From assembly GCA_964424035.1 (NCBI GenBank), contig CAYRHB010000003.1, forward strand, positions 1-62,647: a DNA stretch of 62,647 bases. Direction: 5' to 3'. This document shows positions 42,432 to 51,936 of the stretch, piece after piece. Numbering within the stretch: the first letter of the stretch is position 1; every line of letters starts with the position of its first letter. The position numbers and the translations under genes were made by a program. The stretch comes from an uncultured Leptolinea sp. GTDB taxonomy: Bacteria > Chloroflexota > Anaerolineae > Anaerolineales > Anaerolineaceae. The notes under the pieces were generated by a model, which did no database searches, had not been told where the DNA came from, and saw only the letters and a list, made by a program, of their open reading frames with translations.

Positions 42432-43430
42432 TTATGCGGCCGGGTTCGTTTTCCAGCAGGCTGACCAGTGCCCGGTTTCTGTCTCAATGAAGGCGGGTTC
42501 CTTCTCGTGACAAATTTCCATGGCAACAGGGCAACGCGGATGAAAACGGCAACCCGAAGGTGGATTAAGGGGGCTCGGTACATCACCCGTTAGAATAATG
42601 CGCTCGCGTTTTCCGCGCGCGCCAGGGATCGGGATAGCCGAAAGCAGAGCCCGCGTATACGGGTGCAGCGGATTTTCATACAGCGCCTTCTGATCAGCCA
42701 GCTCGACCATCTTCCCTAGGTACATCACCGCCACCCGGTCTGAGATGTGTTCGACCACACTCAGGTTGTGCGCGATGAACAGGTATGTAAGACCCAATTC
42801 CTTTTGAAGGTCACGAAGCAAGTTTAAAACCTGTGACTGGATGGATACATCCAAAGCGGAGACCGGTTCATCACAGACGATGAACTGTGGACGTAGTGCC
42901 AGAGCACGGGCGATTCCGATACGCTGACGTTGTCCACCAGAAAACTCATGGGGGAACCGGCGGGCATGGTATTCTTCAAGCCCAACGCGTTTAAGCATAT
43001 TAATGGTCGCATCGTACTGGTCTTTTGATGACCCGATATTGTGGATCTTCAACCCCTCCATGACAGAATCACCAATCGGCACACGCGGGTCCAGGGAAGC
43101 GTACGGATCCTGGAAGATGATCTGCATATTACGGCGAAGTTCTTTCATTTCCGCCGGTTGGAGGTTGAACACATCTTTTCCATCGAACACCATGCGTCCT
43201 GAGGTTGGTTCGGTCAGGCGGAGAATGGTGCGGCCAATGGTTGTCTTTCCACAACCCGATTCGCCCACCATGCCAAGGGTTTCACCCTTTCTGATGGTGA
43301 ATGACACATTGTCCACAGCCTGCACCTGTGCGATGGTGCGCTGCAAAACCCCACCCCTGACCGGGAAATGCTTTGTTAAGTTTTCTACCCGGATCAGGTC
43401 CGGTCGTCCGGCAAACGACTGCTCTGCCAT
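42432..43430 (-). CDS. oppF: Oligopeptide ABC transporter ATPase (OppF/AppF)
   Basis: [55 protein letters not shown]. Confidence 0.9.
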   Translation of the reverse strand: MAEQSFAGRPDLIRVENLTKHFPVRGGVLQRTIAQVQAVDNVSFTIRKGETLGMVGESGCGKTTIGRTILRLTEPTSGRMVFDGKDVFNLQPAEMKELRRNMQIIFQDPYASLDPRVPIGDSVMEGLKIHNIGSSKDQYDATINMLKRVGLEEYHARRFPHEFSGGQRQRIGIARALALRPQFIVCDEPVSALDVSIQSQVLNLLRDLQKELGLTYLFIAHNLSVVEHISDRVAVMYLGKMVELADQKALYENPLHPYTRALLSAIPIPGARGKRERIILTGDVPSPLNPPSGCRFHPRCPVAMEICHEKEPAFIETETGHWSACWKTNPAA

Positions 43431-43444
43431 GATTCTCTCCAATA

Positions 43445-44464
43445 CTATTTCAGGGGGATGGGGGCTTTATGCTCATCCGATGACTGGTATAACCAACAAC
43501 GGACATGATGCCCCGGCTGTAATTCAACGAGTGGCGGATCCTGGCGGGTGCAAATATCGAGGTTATGCTCTTCGCGCAAGCGACAGCGGGGAGCGAACCG
43601 GCAGCCCACCGGAAGATTAATCAGGTTGGGAACATTCCCGGGAATGACATCCAGATGGTCCTGTACTTTACCCAGCACAGGGATGGAACCAATCAAACCC
43701 AGGGTATACGGATGATAAGGCTTTTTGAACAGAACATCCACTTCACTCTGCTCAACCACCTGGCCGGCATACATAACGGCCACACGGTCAGCCATATCAG
43801 AAATCACACCCAGGTCATGGGTGATCAACACAATGGATGCGCCTGTTTCTTTGCGCAGTTCCAGCATCAGGTCAAGAATCTGAGCCTGAATAGTCACATC
43901 AAGCGCGGTCGTGGGTTCATCGGCGATCAACAGGCGGGGGTTGAGTGCCAATCCCATGGCAATCATCACACGCTGTGCCTGTCCACCGGACATTTCATGC
44001 GGATACGCGTGCGCTTTTCTTTCCGGATCGGGTATGCCAACCTGGCGCAGCAGTTCCACCGCGCGATTCCAGGATTCCGTCTTCGATAGTTTTTGATGGA
44101 TCTGTAAGACTTCCGCAACCTGTTCCCCGGCGGTAAAAACCGGGTTCAAACTGGATTGCGGCTGCTGGAAGATCATCGACATACGATCTCCGCGCATCTT
44201 GATCATTTCATCTTCAGGTAAAGTCAACAGGTTGCGTCCGTCGAATGTGATCTCGCCCGAGACAATCTTCCCCGGAACACCAACCAGGCGCATAACTGAC
44301 AGCGAGGTTACGCTCTTACCGCAACCCGATTCCCCCACCAGGCCAAGAATTTCCCCCGGATAAACCTCAAAATCCACACCATCAACCGCCTTAACAACAC
44401 CATCTTCGGTATAAAAATAGGTTCGGAGGTCTTTGACCTGTAACAGAGGGTCCTTTTTTTTCAT
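43445..44464 (-). CDS. oppD: Oligopeptide ABC transporter ATPase (OppD/DppD)
   Basis: [47 protein letters not shown]. Confidence 0.9.
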   Translation of the reverse strand: MKKKDPLLQVKDLRTYFYTEDGVVKAVDGVDFEVYPGEILGLVGESGCGKSVTSLSVMRLVGVPGKIVSGEITFDGRNLLTLPEDEMIKMRGDRMSMIFQQPQSSLNPVFTAGEQVAEVLQIHQKLSKTESWNRAVELLRQVGIPDPERKAHAYPHEMSGGQAQRVMIAMGLALNPRLLIADEPTTALDVTIQAQILDLMLELRKETGASIVLITHDLGVISDMADRVAVMYAGQVVEQSEVDVLFKKPYHPYTLGLIGSIPVLGKVQDHLDVIPGNVPNLINLPVGCRFAPRCRLREEHNLDICTRQDPPLVELQPGHHVRCWLYQSSDEHKAPIPLK

Positions 44465-44472
44465 AATTTTCC

Positions 44473-46452
44473 TTACCCGGGACAAGCCTGCCCGAAATCG
44501 AATTGTTCTATGCCGTATAAGGCAGACCTGGAAGAAACATCCATATCCAACCCGCAGAAATCGGGCCGGGTGGCGGATACTTTCAGGTGAAAGTATAACG
44601 GAATTGCCGGCAATTCGTCGGCGAAGATCTTTTGAACATTTGCCGCTGCAACCAGATCGGCAGACGCATCAAAGGTTGTGCTTTGTGCCCGTTGACAGGC
44701 TTCATCAAAGGTAGGATTGGAGTACCCGCCAAGGTTGATGCCAATCCATTGATTAGAATCAGCCGGTATCTGTGATGTGGTGAACAGGTCGCAGGGGATA
44801 CGCTGCCCGGCCTGCCAGGCAATCTGTGCCAGGTCAAACTTGCGTCCAAACAACTCACCTTCCGGCGCGGCGGCATACATCTGTTGTGGAGTAACAGTGG
44901 TCACATTCATCTGTATTCCGCATGTTGACGCGGTATCGACCAGAACCTTGACCACTTCCTGCCGGAGATACGCGTCTGTTACGAGGTAATTGACACTCAA
45001 AGTCGTCCCGTCGGGCACGCCGGGTATCGCGTATGCCACCCGTGGCGTTGCCGGATTTGAATCATCGTCCTTCCAACCGACTTCATCCAGCAGGCTGGAA
45101 CCCGTTTCAGGATCATAACCATAATGTGCCAGTCCGCCCGCCACCAATGGATGGTCTGCCGTCAGGAAACCATCAGGAATGGCGGATTGTTCCAACAACT
45201 GCTTGTTGACGGCTTTTTCCCGATCCATGCAATAGGCAAACGCCCTGCGGGTCCTGACATCTCCGAAATAATTCGGGCGGTCACCGGTTACCGGTGATAT
45301 GCCATCAAAATACGAAGGACGGTAGATATTAAAAACGATCTGTTCCCATTCCGGTCCCTGCCCCACCAGTGGGGTGATCTCGCCGGCTTTACCGGCATCC
45401 AGGGTCTGCTCCAGCATGGATTCCAGTCCGGCTGAAGGATCCACAATATCACACTGGCCGCTTTTAAGCGCGGCAAGGTTGTTGTCCGCCTGGGTACCGA
45501 GAAATAAATAGGTAACACTGGCGAATTTTGGCAAACCTTCTGCTGCCCTGAAGTATTTCTCATTTTTCGTCAGTGTGATGTGATCCCCCTTAACCCATTC
45601 TGAAACGACATACGGTCCCCAACCGAGTGGTTTCTCTGTGACTTCCGGGGTGGTCAGCAAATCAGCCGGGGCATATTGTTCCCACGCATGTTTGGGCAAT
45701 GGAAGGAAGAAACTTTCACGGTATTGAGAATCAAAAAATCCCGGTACTCCCGTCCATTCAACCGTCCGGTCGTCCAACGCCAGATAGGTGAGTGTCCGGT
45801 CAACCAGATACCGGTTCACAGGTGTAGCCGGATCCGATGCCACCTGATAGGAATACACCGAATCTTCAGCCGTAAGGGGTTCACCGTCAGACCAGGTCAA
45901 ACCTTCTTTCAACTGGAATTTTGCCGTCAGACGGTCCATCTTTAATTCGGTCAGGCCATCCCAGGCAACGGCACAGGCAGATGATGAACAACCGGAAGGA
46001 AGCACTTTGTCGTTCTTTTTAAGCGCCTTCACGTCTCCAGCCGCGGTCACAACCAGATCACCTTCAACCACGACCACCGGTTCCTGAACGGCATCGCCAT
46101 CCGAAACGGAGGGCAGTTTTTCAAGGATCACCGGTATGGCTGAATACTTGACACGGTCTATCGGGCCGTCATAAATGGCTTCCAGAACACTCCAGACGGA
46201 ACTTGTCGGGCTGGCGTAGGGATAAAGGGAAACCGGTTCCTGCGCCAGACAGACCGTCAGGGTTTTCTCCGGTTCTTCCGTCGGTGCAGCGGTAGCCACA
46301 GGCGGAAGGGTTGGGATGGGACCCGGGGTATACGTGGCAGGGATGGCAGCAGGAGCCGCTGTTGGCTGGCAGGCTGACAACAGCACCACCAGAGGTACCA
46401 GTATTTTTGTGGTATGAGAGATTTTTCTACACATATTTGGGATTTTTCGCAT
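44473..46452 (-). CDS. Peptide ABC transporter substrate-binding lipoprotein (family 5)
   Basis: Lipobox LSAC, WSDGEPLTAEDSVYS, PLGWGPY..EWVKGDHITL.KN..YF, DVRTRRAF. Exact start uncertain. Confidence 0.9.
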   Translation of the reverse strand: MRKIPNMCRKISHTTKILVPLVVLLSACQPTAAPAAIPATYTPGPIPTLPPVATAAPTEEPEKTLTVCLAQEPVSLYPYASPTSSVWSVLEAIYDGPIDRVKYSAIPVILEKLPSVSDGDAVQEPVVVVEGDLVVTAAGDVKALKKNDKVLPSGCSSSACAVAWDGLTELKMDRLTAKFQLKEGLTWSDGEPLTAEDSVYSYQVASDPATPVNRYLVDRTLTYLALDDRTVEWTGVPGFFDSQYRESFFLPLPKHAWEQYAPADLLTTPEVTEKPLGWGPYVVSEWVKGDHITLTKNEKYFRAAEGLPKFASVTYLFLGTQADNNLAALKSGQCDIVDPSAGLESMLEQTLDAGKAGEITPLVGQGPEWEQIVFNIYRPSYFDGISPVTGDRPNYFGDVRTRRAFAYCMDREKAVNKQLLEQSAIPDGFLTADHPLVAGGLAHYGYDPETGSSLLDEVGWKDDDSNPATPRVAYAIPGVPDGTTLSVNYLVTDAYLRQEVVKVLVDTASTCGIQMNVTTVTPQQMYAAAPEGELFGRKFDLAQIAWQAGQRIPCDLFTTSQIPADSNQWIGINLGGYSNPTFDEACQRAQSTTFDASADLVAAANVQKIFADELPAIPLYFHLKVSATRPDFCGLDMDVSSRSALYGIEQFDFGQACPG

Positions 46453-46470
46453 GAGTATTTATACAGGAAA

Positions 46471-46495
46471 GCGGTTGCAGACCGGCTGCAACCGC
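46471..46495 (-). terminator. Hairpin downstream of ftsK
   Basis: GCGGTTGCAG-ACCGG-CTGCAACCGC followed by TTTCC on the minus strand. Confidence 0.5.
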
Positions 46496-46567
46496 CCAAG
46501 CCTTCGTAAGGCGTATTATACGTCCTTTTTTAGTGAATCTGAAATATAGCACCGGGATACAACGAGG

Positions 46568-48988
46568 TTAATCCTTTTCTTCATCCGCGGGTGGGGCACC
46601 CTCTCCGTAATCCAGGATCTCGCGAACCTGGCTGCCGGGTTGAGATGGCCCGATAATTCCACTCTCTTCCATGGTATCGATCAGGCGCGCAGCCCGTCCA
46701 TACCCGATCCGCATGCGGCGCTGGAGCATGGAAATGGAAGCCCTTCCCAGGGTACGCACCAGGCTGACCGCTTCATCGTACATCGGGTCGCTGGAAGGGG
46801 ATTTATCTTCACCCCACAGGTCCGGCTGACGTAATGGCGTTGTGGGCAGGGTTGGCATGGGAACAGATAACGACGGGGTTGAATGCCCCCCCTCCGCCAC
46901 GTCGGCCGCCGCCATTTTCCAGTGGTCCACCAGCCGGTTGATCTCGGCATCCGCCGTGTAGACACCCTGCAACCGAACAGGCGCAGGCGCGTCCGGCGCG
47001 AGGAAGAGCATATCTCCGCGCCCGAGCAGACGTTCGGCTCCGGGTTGGTCCAGGATCACCCGGCTGTCGGTATTTGAAGTTACTGTAAAAGCGATCCGGG
47101 CCGGGAAATTGGCTTTGATCAAGCCTGTGACCACATTCACCGACGGGCGCTGGGTCGCGAGAATGAGATGGATGCCGGTGGCGCGTGCCAGCTGCGCCAG
47201 ACGGGTAATGGATTTTTCGGTTTCCTCCCCGGCAATCATCATCAGGTCAGCCAATTCATCTACCATCACCACGATATAGGGCAGTTTGTCTGTATTGGCA
47301 TTGTTATACTCGGTGATATTGCGTACACGACTCTTGGAGAACCGTTCGTACCGGCTTTCCATTTCACGGATCATCCATTGCAAAACAGCCGGAACCTTGG
47401 CAGCATCGGTGATGACCGGTGCCAGCAAATGCGGCAGGTGATTGTAGCCGGTCATTTCGACCCGCTTGGGATCAACCAGCACAAGCCGTAGTGTTTCCGG
47501 TGTGTTGTTCATGAGCAGGCAGGTGAGAATGGAATTCTCACAAACCGATTTACCCGAACCGGTTGTACCGGCGATCAACAGGTGAGGCATGGATGCCAGG
47601 TCGGCCACCATGGGCTTGCCCGATACATCTTTCCCCAGCGCGATCTTTAATGGACTGCGGAGTTTCTTAAACGCGTCACTATCCACCAGTTCATGCAGGG
47701 CAACCTTGCTGGTCTCATCATTCGGGACCTCGATGCCCACAAATCCACGGCCGGGAACGGGAGCCTGGATACGGATGCGCTGGGCGGATAACGCCAGGGC
47801 AAGATCATCGGCCAGGCTGACTATCTTGGACACGCGAACACGTGTGCGTCCAGAGCGGGTTTCGATGAAATCCGGTTCTACTCCATACTGGGTCACCGTT
47901 GGGCCGCGCTGGATATCAACCACATGTACCGGCGCGCTGAACATTTTCAACGTTTCTTCAATTTTGTTGGCGCGGTCTGAATCGATATGTCCCTGGATGA
48001 AAACCGGTTCGGCCGGGTCGAGAATATCGTCGACCCGCGGCAAAATCCACGGGGATTTTAATGCGGGAATCCGGTTCTCCACCTGCGCGGAAGTTCTTTC
48101 ATCGGAATTTTCAACCGTTTTAACCGGCAGGGTGACCGCTTTTCGCACAGCAGGCCGGCGGTTCGGCATATCGGTAAGGGGATGAAAACCTGCGGGCAGC
48201 GGCGCGGAAGGCGCCTGGCCGTGTGAAGCGGGTGTCTGTGCCTGGTAACCGGTCGATTCCATCACCGCCGAAATGGGTGAAGTCTCTATGGTTTCGCGGA
48301 TCTGCCGCCGGAAAGTGTTTATGGCATCCTTGAACAATGGCGGCGGAACCTGCAGAGCCAGTGAACCGGCGACAAACATCCAGACCATCAAAATGAGCAA
48401 CGCACCGGGTAAACCCAGCCCACCCACCAGCAGGCGTTCAAAAAATGCGCCAAAATAACCGCCACCCTGACCTTCGAAGGCCATTTCCCAACCGCCTCCA
48501 GCCAGGATATGCAGCCAGGAGAGAATATTCAGGTAGAGAAGTAAGATTCCCGCTGCCCGGCTGCCGGTTAACGGGGGTAATGATTCCAGGCTGCGGAATA
48601 CCAGCCAGAAACCGGCTGTCAGGAAACCGAAGGGCAAAACATACATTCCCCAACCGGTTGAACGGCTGATGACGATCACCCATTGGGCAGAAACCGCCGC
48701 CTCCTGTTCCGTTAACAGGCTGAGCAATGTCAAAAGACCGATAACGATACAACCCGCGCCCACAATATCGAGCTGACGTTCGGTGGACAGATCATTCCAC
48801 CGGGGGATCCTGGCCAGCAGGACTTTGATACGTTTCCATAACCGGCCGGTTTTCGTGTTGTTTGCAGACCGAACCGATGACTGGCGGCTGGAGTTTTTCT
48901 TTGTTTGTGCTGCTGTTTTTCGGGTGGCACGTCCGGGACTGACCGGACTCACCACGTTCTTGACAACCCGGGTTACAGGTTTAACCAT
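46568..48988 (-). CDS. ftsK: DNA translocase FtsK/SpoIIIE
   Basis: N-terminal TMs, PHLLIAGTTGSGKS, VDPKRVE, VDELADLM, ARATGIHLILATQRPS, gamma domain SISMLQRRMRIGYGRAARL. Confidence 0.96.
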   Translation of the reverse strand: MVKPVTRVVKNVVSPVSPGRATRKTAAQTKKNSSRQSSVRSANNTKTGRLWKRIKVLLARIPRWNDLSTERQLDIVGAGCIVIGLLTLLSLLTEQEAAVSAQWVIVISRSTGWGMYVLPFGFLTAGFWLVFRSLESLPPLTGSRAAGILLLYLNILSWLHILAGGGWEMAFEGQGGGYFGAFFERLLVGGLGLPGALLILMVWMFVAGSLALQVPPPLFKDAINTFRRQIRETIETSPISAVMESTGYQAQTPASHGQAPSAPLPAGFHPLTDMPNRRPAVRKAVTLPVKTVENSDERTSAQVENRIPALKSPWILPRVDDILDPAEPVFIQGHIDSDRANKIEETLKMFSAPVHVVDIQRGPTVTQYGVEPDFIETRSGRTRVRVSKIVSLADDLALALSAQRIRIQAPVPGRGFVGIEVPNDETSKVALHELVDSDAFKKLRSPLKIALGKDVSGKPMVADLASMPHLLIAGTTGSGKSVCENSILTCLLMNNTPETLRLVLVDPKRVEMTGYNHLPHLLAPVITDAAKVPAVLQWMIREMESRYERFSKSRVRNITEYNNANTDKLPYIVVMVDELADLMMIAGEETEKSITRLAQLARATGIHLILATQRPSVNVVTGLIKANFPARIAFTVTSNTDSRVILDQPGAERLLGRGDMLFLAPDAPAPVRLQGVYTADAEINRLVDHWKMAAADVAEGGHSTPSLSVPMPTLPTTPLRQPDLWGEDKSPSSDPMYDEAVSLVRTLGRASISMLQRRMRIGYGRAARLIDTMEESGIIGPSQPGSQVREILDYGEGAPPADEEKD

Positions 48989-49083
48989 GTTTCGGCTCCC
49001 TGAGCAAAAATAACAATAGTGTGTTCATCTACCTCCCGATGCAAGAGACTTGCCAGTCCACAAAACAGACCGGCGATATAAAA

Positions 49084-49114
49084 ACCGGTATCGGTCAAAT
49101 CACCCGATACCGGT
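49084..49114 (-). terminator. Intrinsic terminator
   Basis: Stem ACCGGTATCGG / CCGATACCGGT followed by a T-run on the minus strand. Confidence 0.65.
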
Positions 49115-49137
49115 CAACGTGCAATGAACGGCACGGG

Positions 49138-50205
49138 TTAAAGCGGCGGATTGAGCCAGTAACTCATTTCATCCACATAGATCATGAAATGATTTGTTTC
49201 CCTGGCTCCGATGAGGATCCCAAATCCACCGGACGAGAAGGTGTCATCTTCTATCTGGCCGACCTGTGTGCCGTTGATAAACAGAGTGAATTGATCTTCC
49301 TTGGCCAGAACTCCAATACGGTTCACGGCGTTGGCTCCAGGCCGGATATTGCCACTTGTCGACCAGGCAATCAGATTGGTGACTGCTGTTTGCCCGTCCG
49401 GCGGGTTGGCGTTCCATCGCTGGAAGGCGAATTTGCCATCACAGGTGATATTGAACCAGTAACCGCGGTCTGCCGTGGACCGGTCAGGTGAGCGGAGCAT
49501 CATGCCCCACTTGTCCATACCCTGGCAAACCGGGCCAAACTGGGCGGTGGTCTCAAAATACGCATTATCCACATCATTGATCGCCAACCGCCAGCCATTG
49601 TCTTTTTGCAGTCCGGTGAAAGCCATAAATCCGTTCGAGAAATCGACCGTTGTGTACATATCCGCACCGATCGGCCAGTTGCTGCTGCTATCCATTGTAT
49701 CGGTCCATGAGGGGACCGGAAGCATGGTGCGCGGGTCATTCGCGGCGAAGGTGGCGGTTATCTGGAATTCAGGTACCGGCGTCCCACCGGGGGTGATGGA
49801 CGGGGTCAGGGTCGGTGTGGGGGTCTCGGTGGGCATGAGGATCGGAGACGTAGCAGTTGCCGCGACCTCTTCTGTCGCGGTGGGTTCTTCTGTGGCAGAT
49901 TCACCCAGAAATTCCGCGAAAGCGGTCTCATCGGTGGTGGGGGTCACAAGATCCCCGATCTCCAAAGGTTCATCCGTGGCCGGTTCCACATCCGCGCCTT
50001 CGATCATGACTCCATCGGGGGTGGGGATTTCGATCTCTTCCAGAGGAAGCTCTTCAACAACGGCGGTATTGGTGGGCATGGCTGTCAAAAGGAGAGCCAC
50101 CCGAGTAGCCATCTCTTCAGAGGTCATGGTCGGTTTGGAAGATGGAATTACACTGCAACCTGCCAGCAGGGTGAAAACAAGGAGTAGTAGTAGAAATTTA
50201 CGCAT
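49138..50205 (-). CDS. Lipoprotein with acidic Thr/Pro linker and DUF1080-like beta-sandwich
   Basis: MRKFLLLLLVFTLLAGC lipobox (ATG 50205, GGAGG RBS). C-terminal WGMMLR...FTLFINGTQVGQIEDDTFSSGGFG. Confidence 0.75.
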   Translation of the reverse strand: MRKFLLLLLVFTLLAGCSVIPSSKPTMTSEEMATRVALLLTAMPTNTAVVEELPLEEIEIPTPDGVMIEGADVEPATDEPLEIGDLVTPTTDETAFAEFLGESATEEPTATEEVAATATSPILMPTETPTPTLTPSITPGGTPVPEFQITATFAANDPRTMLPVPSWTDTMDSSSNWPIGADMYTTVDFSNGFMAFTGLQKDNGWRLAINDVDNAYFETTAQFGPVCQGMDKWGMMLRSPDRSTADRGYWFNITCDGKFAFQRWNANPPDGQTAVTNLIAWSTSGNIRPGANAVNRIGVLAKEDQFTLFINGTQVGQIEDDTFSSGGFGILIGARETNHFMIYVDEMSYWLNPPL

Positions 50206-50278
50206 ATGTAGCCTCCCGGACGCGGCGAGTAGATTCGTCCAGGAGCTTTGTTGCAAGATTAATGCCCGATGGTTTTCT

Positions 50279-50764
50279 TCAGGCTTTGTACCCGATCTTT
50301 CGCAGGAAGTCCTTACGCCAGGCGATGTCCGCGTCTGATTCGATCCCTTTGGGTTTGGAACCCTCCGCCACACCCAGAATCCCCCGGCTGGTTCCGGTAT
50401 CAGCGACAATCACCTGGGTCATGTTGGCCGTGGCACAGAAGATATTCGCCACTTCGGGGATATTCTTCACTGTATTAAGAATGTTGATGGGAAAGAAACC
50501 ATCTCCCAGGAAAATAATGAAACTGTGACCGGCACCTATGGACATGGCATTCTTTTTGGCCAGTTCGATCATCTCATCATTGGTACCGGACCAGCGTACA
50601 AGGCACATGCCGGACGCCTCACAGAAAGCCAGCCCAAACTGGATCCCGGGTACAGTGGAAACCAACGCTTCGTGAATATCTTCAACGGTTTTAATGAAAT
50701 GAGATTGACCCAGTATGAAGTTTGTGTCTTCAGGTTTCTCAACGGGTATCGAAAGCAATTCCAT
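50279..50764 (-). CDS. Adenosine-specific kinase family protein (DUF355)
   Basis: NFILGQSHFIKTVEDI.EAL, FGLAFCEASG, GAGHSF, FCATAN, RKDFLRKIGYK. Confidence 0.9.
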   Translation of the reverse strand: MELLSIPVEKPEDTNFILGQSHFIKTVEDIHEALVSTVPGIQFGLAFCEASGMCLVRWSGTNDEMIELAKKNAMSIGAGHSFIIFLGDGFFPINILNTVKNIPEVANIFCATANMTQVIVADTGTSRGILGVAEGSKPKGIESDADIAWRKDFLRKIGYKA

Positions 50765-50802
50765 GGTAATCCTCCTGGTATTGAATAAAGATGTATTCCG
50801 GT

Positions 50803-51828
50803 TTACTTCACGGTTTCCGGGGTTAATCTGGCTCGCATGACAAACCGGTCAACCGCTCCGAAGCGGTATTTATATTCTTCATCACCCCGCATAAAATCAA
50901 ACTCGGTCCGGCCATTCTCATTAGCCCACTGCAGCAGATATCCCAGCAGAACCCAACCGGGGGATAGGCTTTGATAATCACGGTTTAATCCGGAGTTATA
51001 TACCCAGATGCGCCCCCCGTAATCAAAGCTCAGGTATGCGGCAGCCCTGCGGCCTTCCACTTCCAGGAAAGCCAGTTGCAGGCAGCCGGCATCAAAAGCA
51101 AAATGTACCACCCGGCGGATAAAATCCTGCATGGCTGGACGCAGAAATTCCTCCTTATCGCCATCATTCTTCATCAATTCCAGGAACCCGTCGATCTCCG
51201 TGTCCAGCGTTGCCCCATTAGTGGCAAGATACCAGCGGACCGGAATATCGGCTTCTTCGGCGCGCCGCATCTTGCGCCGGACTTCGTGCCTTTGCTTCTT
51301 GTCGATCCCGGCCAGATAAGTTTCCCAGTCGCCCGGAAGCGGGATATACGGGCTGTGCTGTAATTTTTCTACAGCCACGGACCAGCCATTCCCTGCGATG
51401 AAATCTTGAAGAACGCTCAGGGTCGGTGAGGAATCAAGCAGATTATACAGGTTGACCTCTGCCAGACCCTTGATGTCCATATGTTGTATATACGCCAACA
51501 ACCCGGTGATGAACTCTTCCCGCCTGGAGGGAATCACAGGCAGGTCAAGAAAGTCGGATACTTCCACGGCGCCTACATTGTTCAAAACAACAGCCCCATT
51601 CGATGCGGTGCTGGCAAACAACGGCGCGATGCCCACCAACCGGCCTTCCTCACACGCCATGATGAGCAGCAGGCGGGCATCCAGCCATTCACCGCCACCC
51701 TTCGTTTCCCACCAGAGTTTCTGGTAGGCGTATTCCATGAAAGGGATCCGCATTGAACTTTGTTCCAGCAGGGCGTCCCATTCCGGTTGCAGGTTATTAT
51801 CAAATTCGGTCAGCAGTGAATAGTCCAT
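50803..51828 (-). CDS. GNAT acetyltransferase, CelD/BcsL-like
   Basis: LVGIAPL, WETYLA...KQRHEVRRKMRR, YNSGLN....SPGWVLL, FDFMRGDEEYKYRFG. Confidence 0.85.
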   Translation of the reverse strand: MDYSLLTEFDNNLQPEWDALLEQSSMRIPFMEYAYQKLWWETKGGGEWLDARLLLIMACEEGRLVGIAPLFASTASNGAVVLNNVGAVEVSDFLDLPVIPSRREEFITGLLAYIQHMDIKGLAEVNLYNLLDSSPTLSVLQDFIAGNGWSVAVEKLQHSPYIPLPGDWETYLAGIDKKQRHEVRRKMRRAEEADIPVRWYLATNGATLDTEIDGFLELMKNDGDKEEFLRPAMQDFIRRVVHFAFDAGCLQLAFLEVEGRRAAAYLSFDYGGRIWVYNSGLNRDYQSLSPGWVLLGYLLQWANENGRTEFDFMRGDEEYKYRFGAVDRFVMRARLTPETVK

Positions 51829-51888
51829 GACCCCGATTCTAACGTCCACGCCGCTCTACCGCAAGGCGGATGCATAGGTAGTTAACAT

Positions 51889-51918
51889 AACAGCCGGTTC
51901 CTGTTGGAACCGGCTGTT
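51889..51918 (-). terminator. Terminator after Tad gene trio
   Basis: 13-bp stem AACAGCCGGTTCC / GGAACCGGCTGTT. Confidence 0.7.
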
Positions 51919-51936
51919 TCTCTGATTGATGTGTGA

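Noticed and set aside
46568-48988. FtsK as a conjugative-element coupling protein
   Set aside because: It has the N-terminal TMs and gamma domain of chromosomal FtsK, and no relaxase or T4SS genes are nearby.
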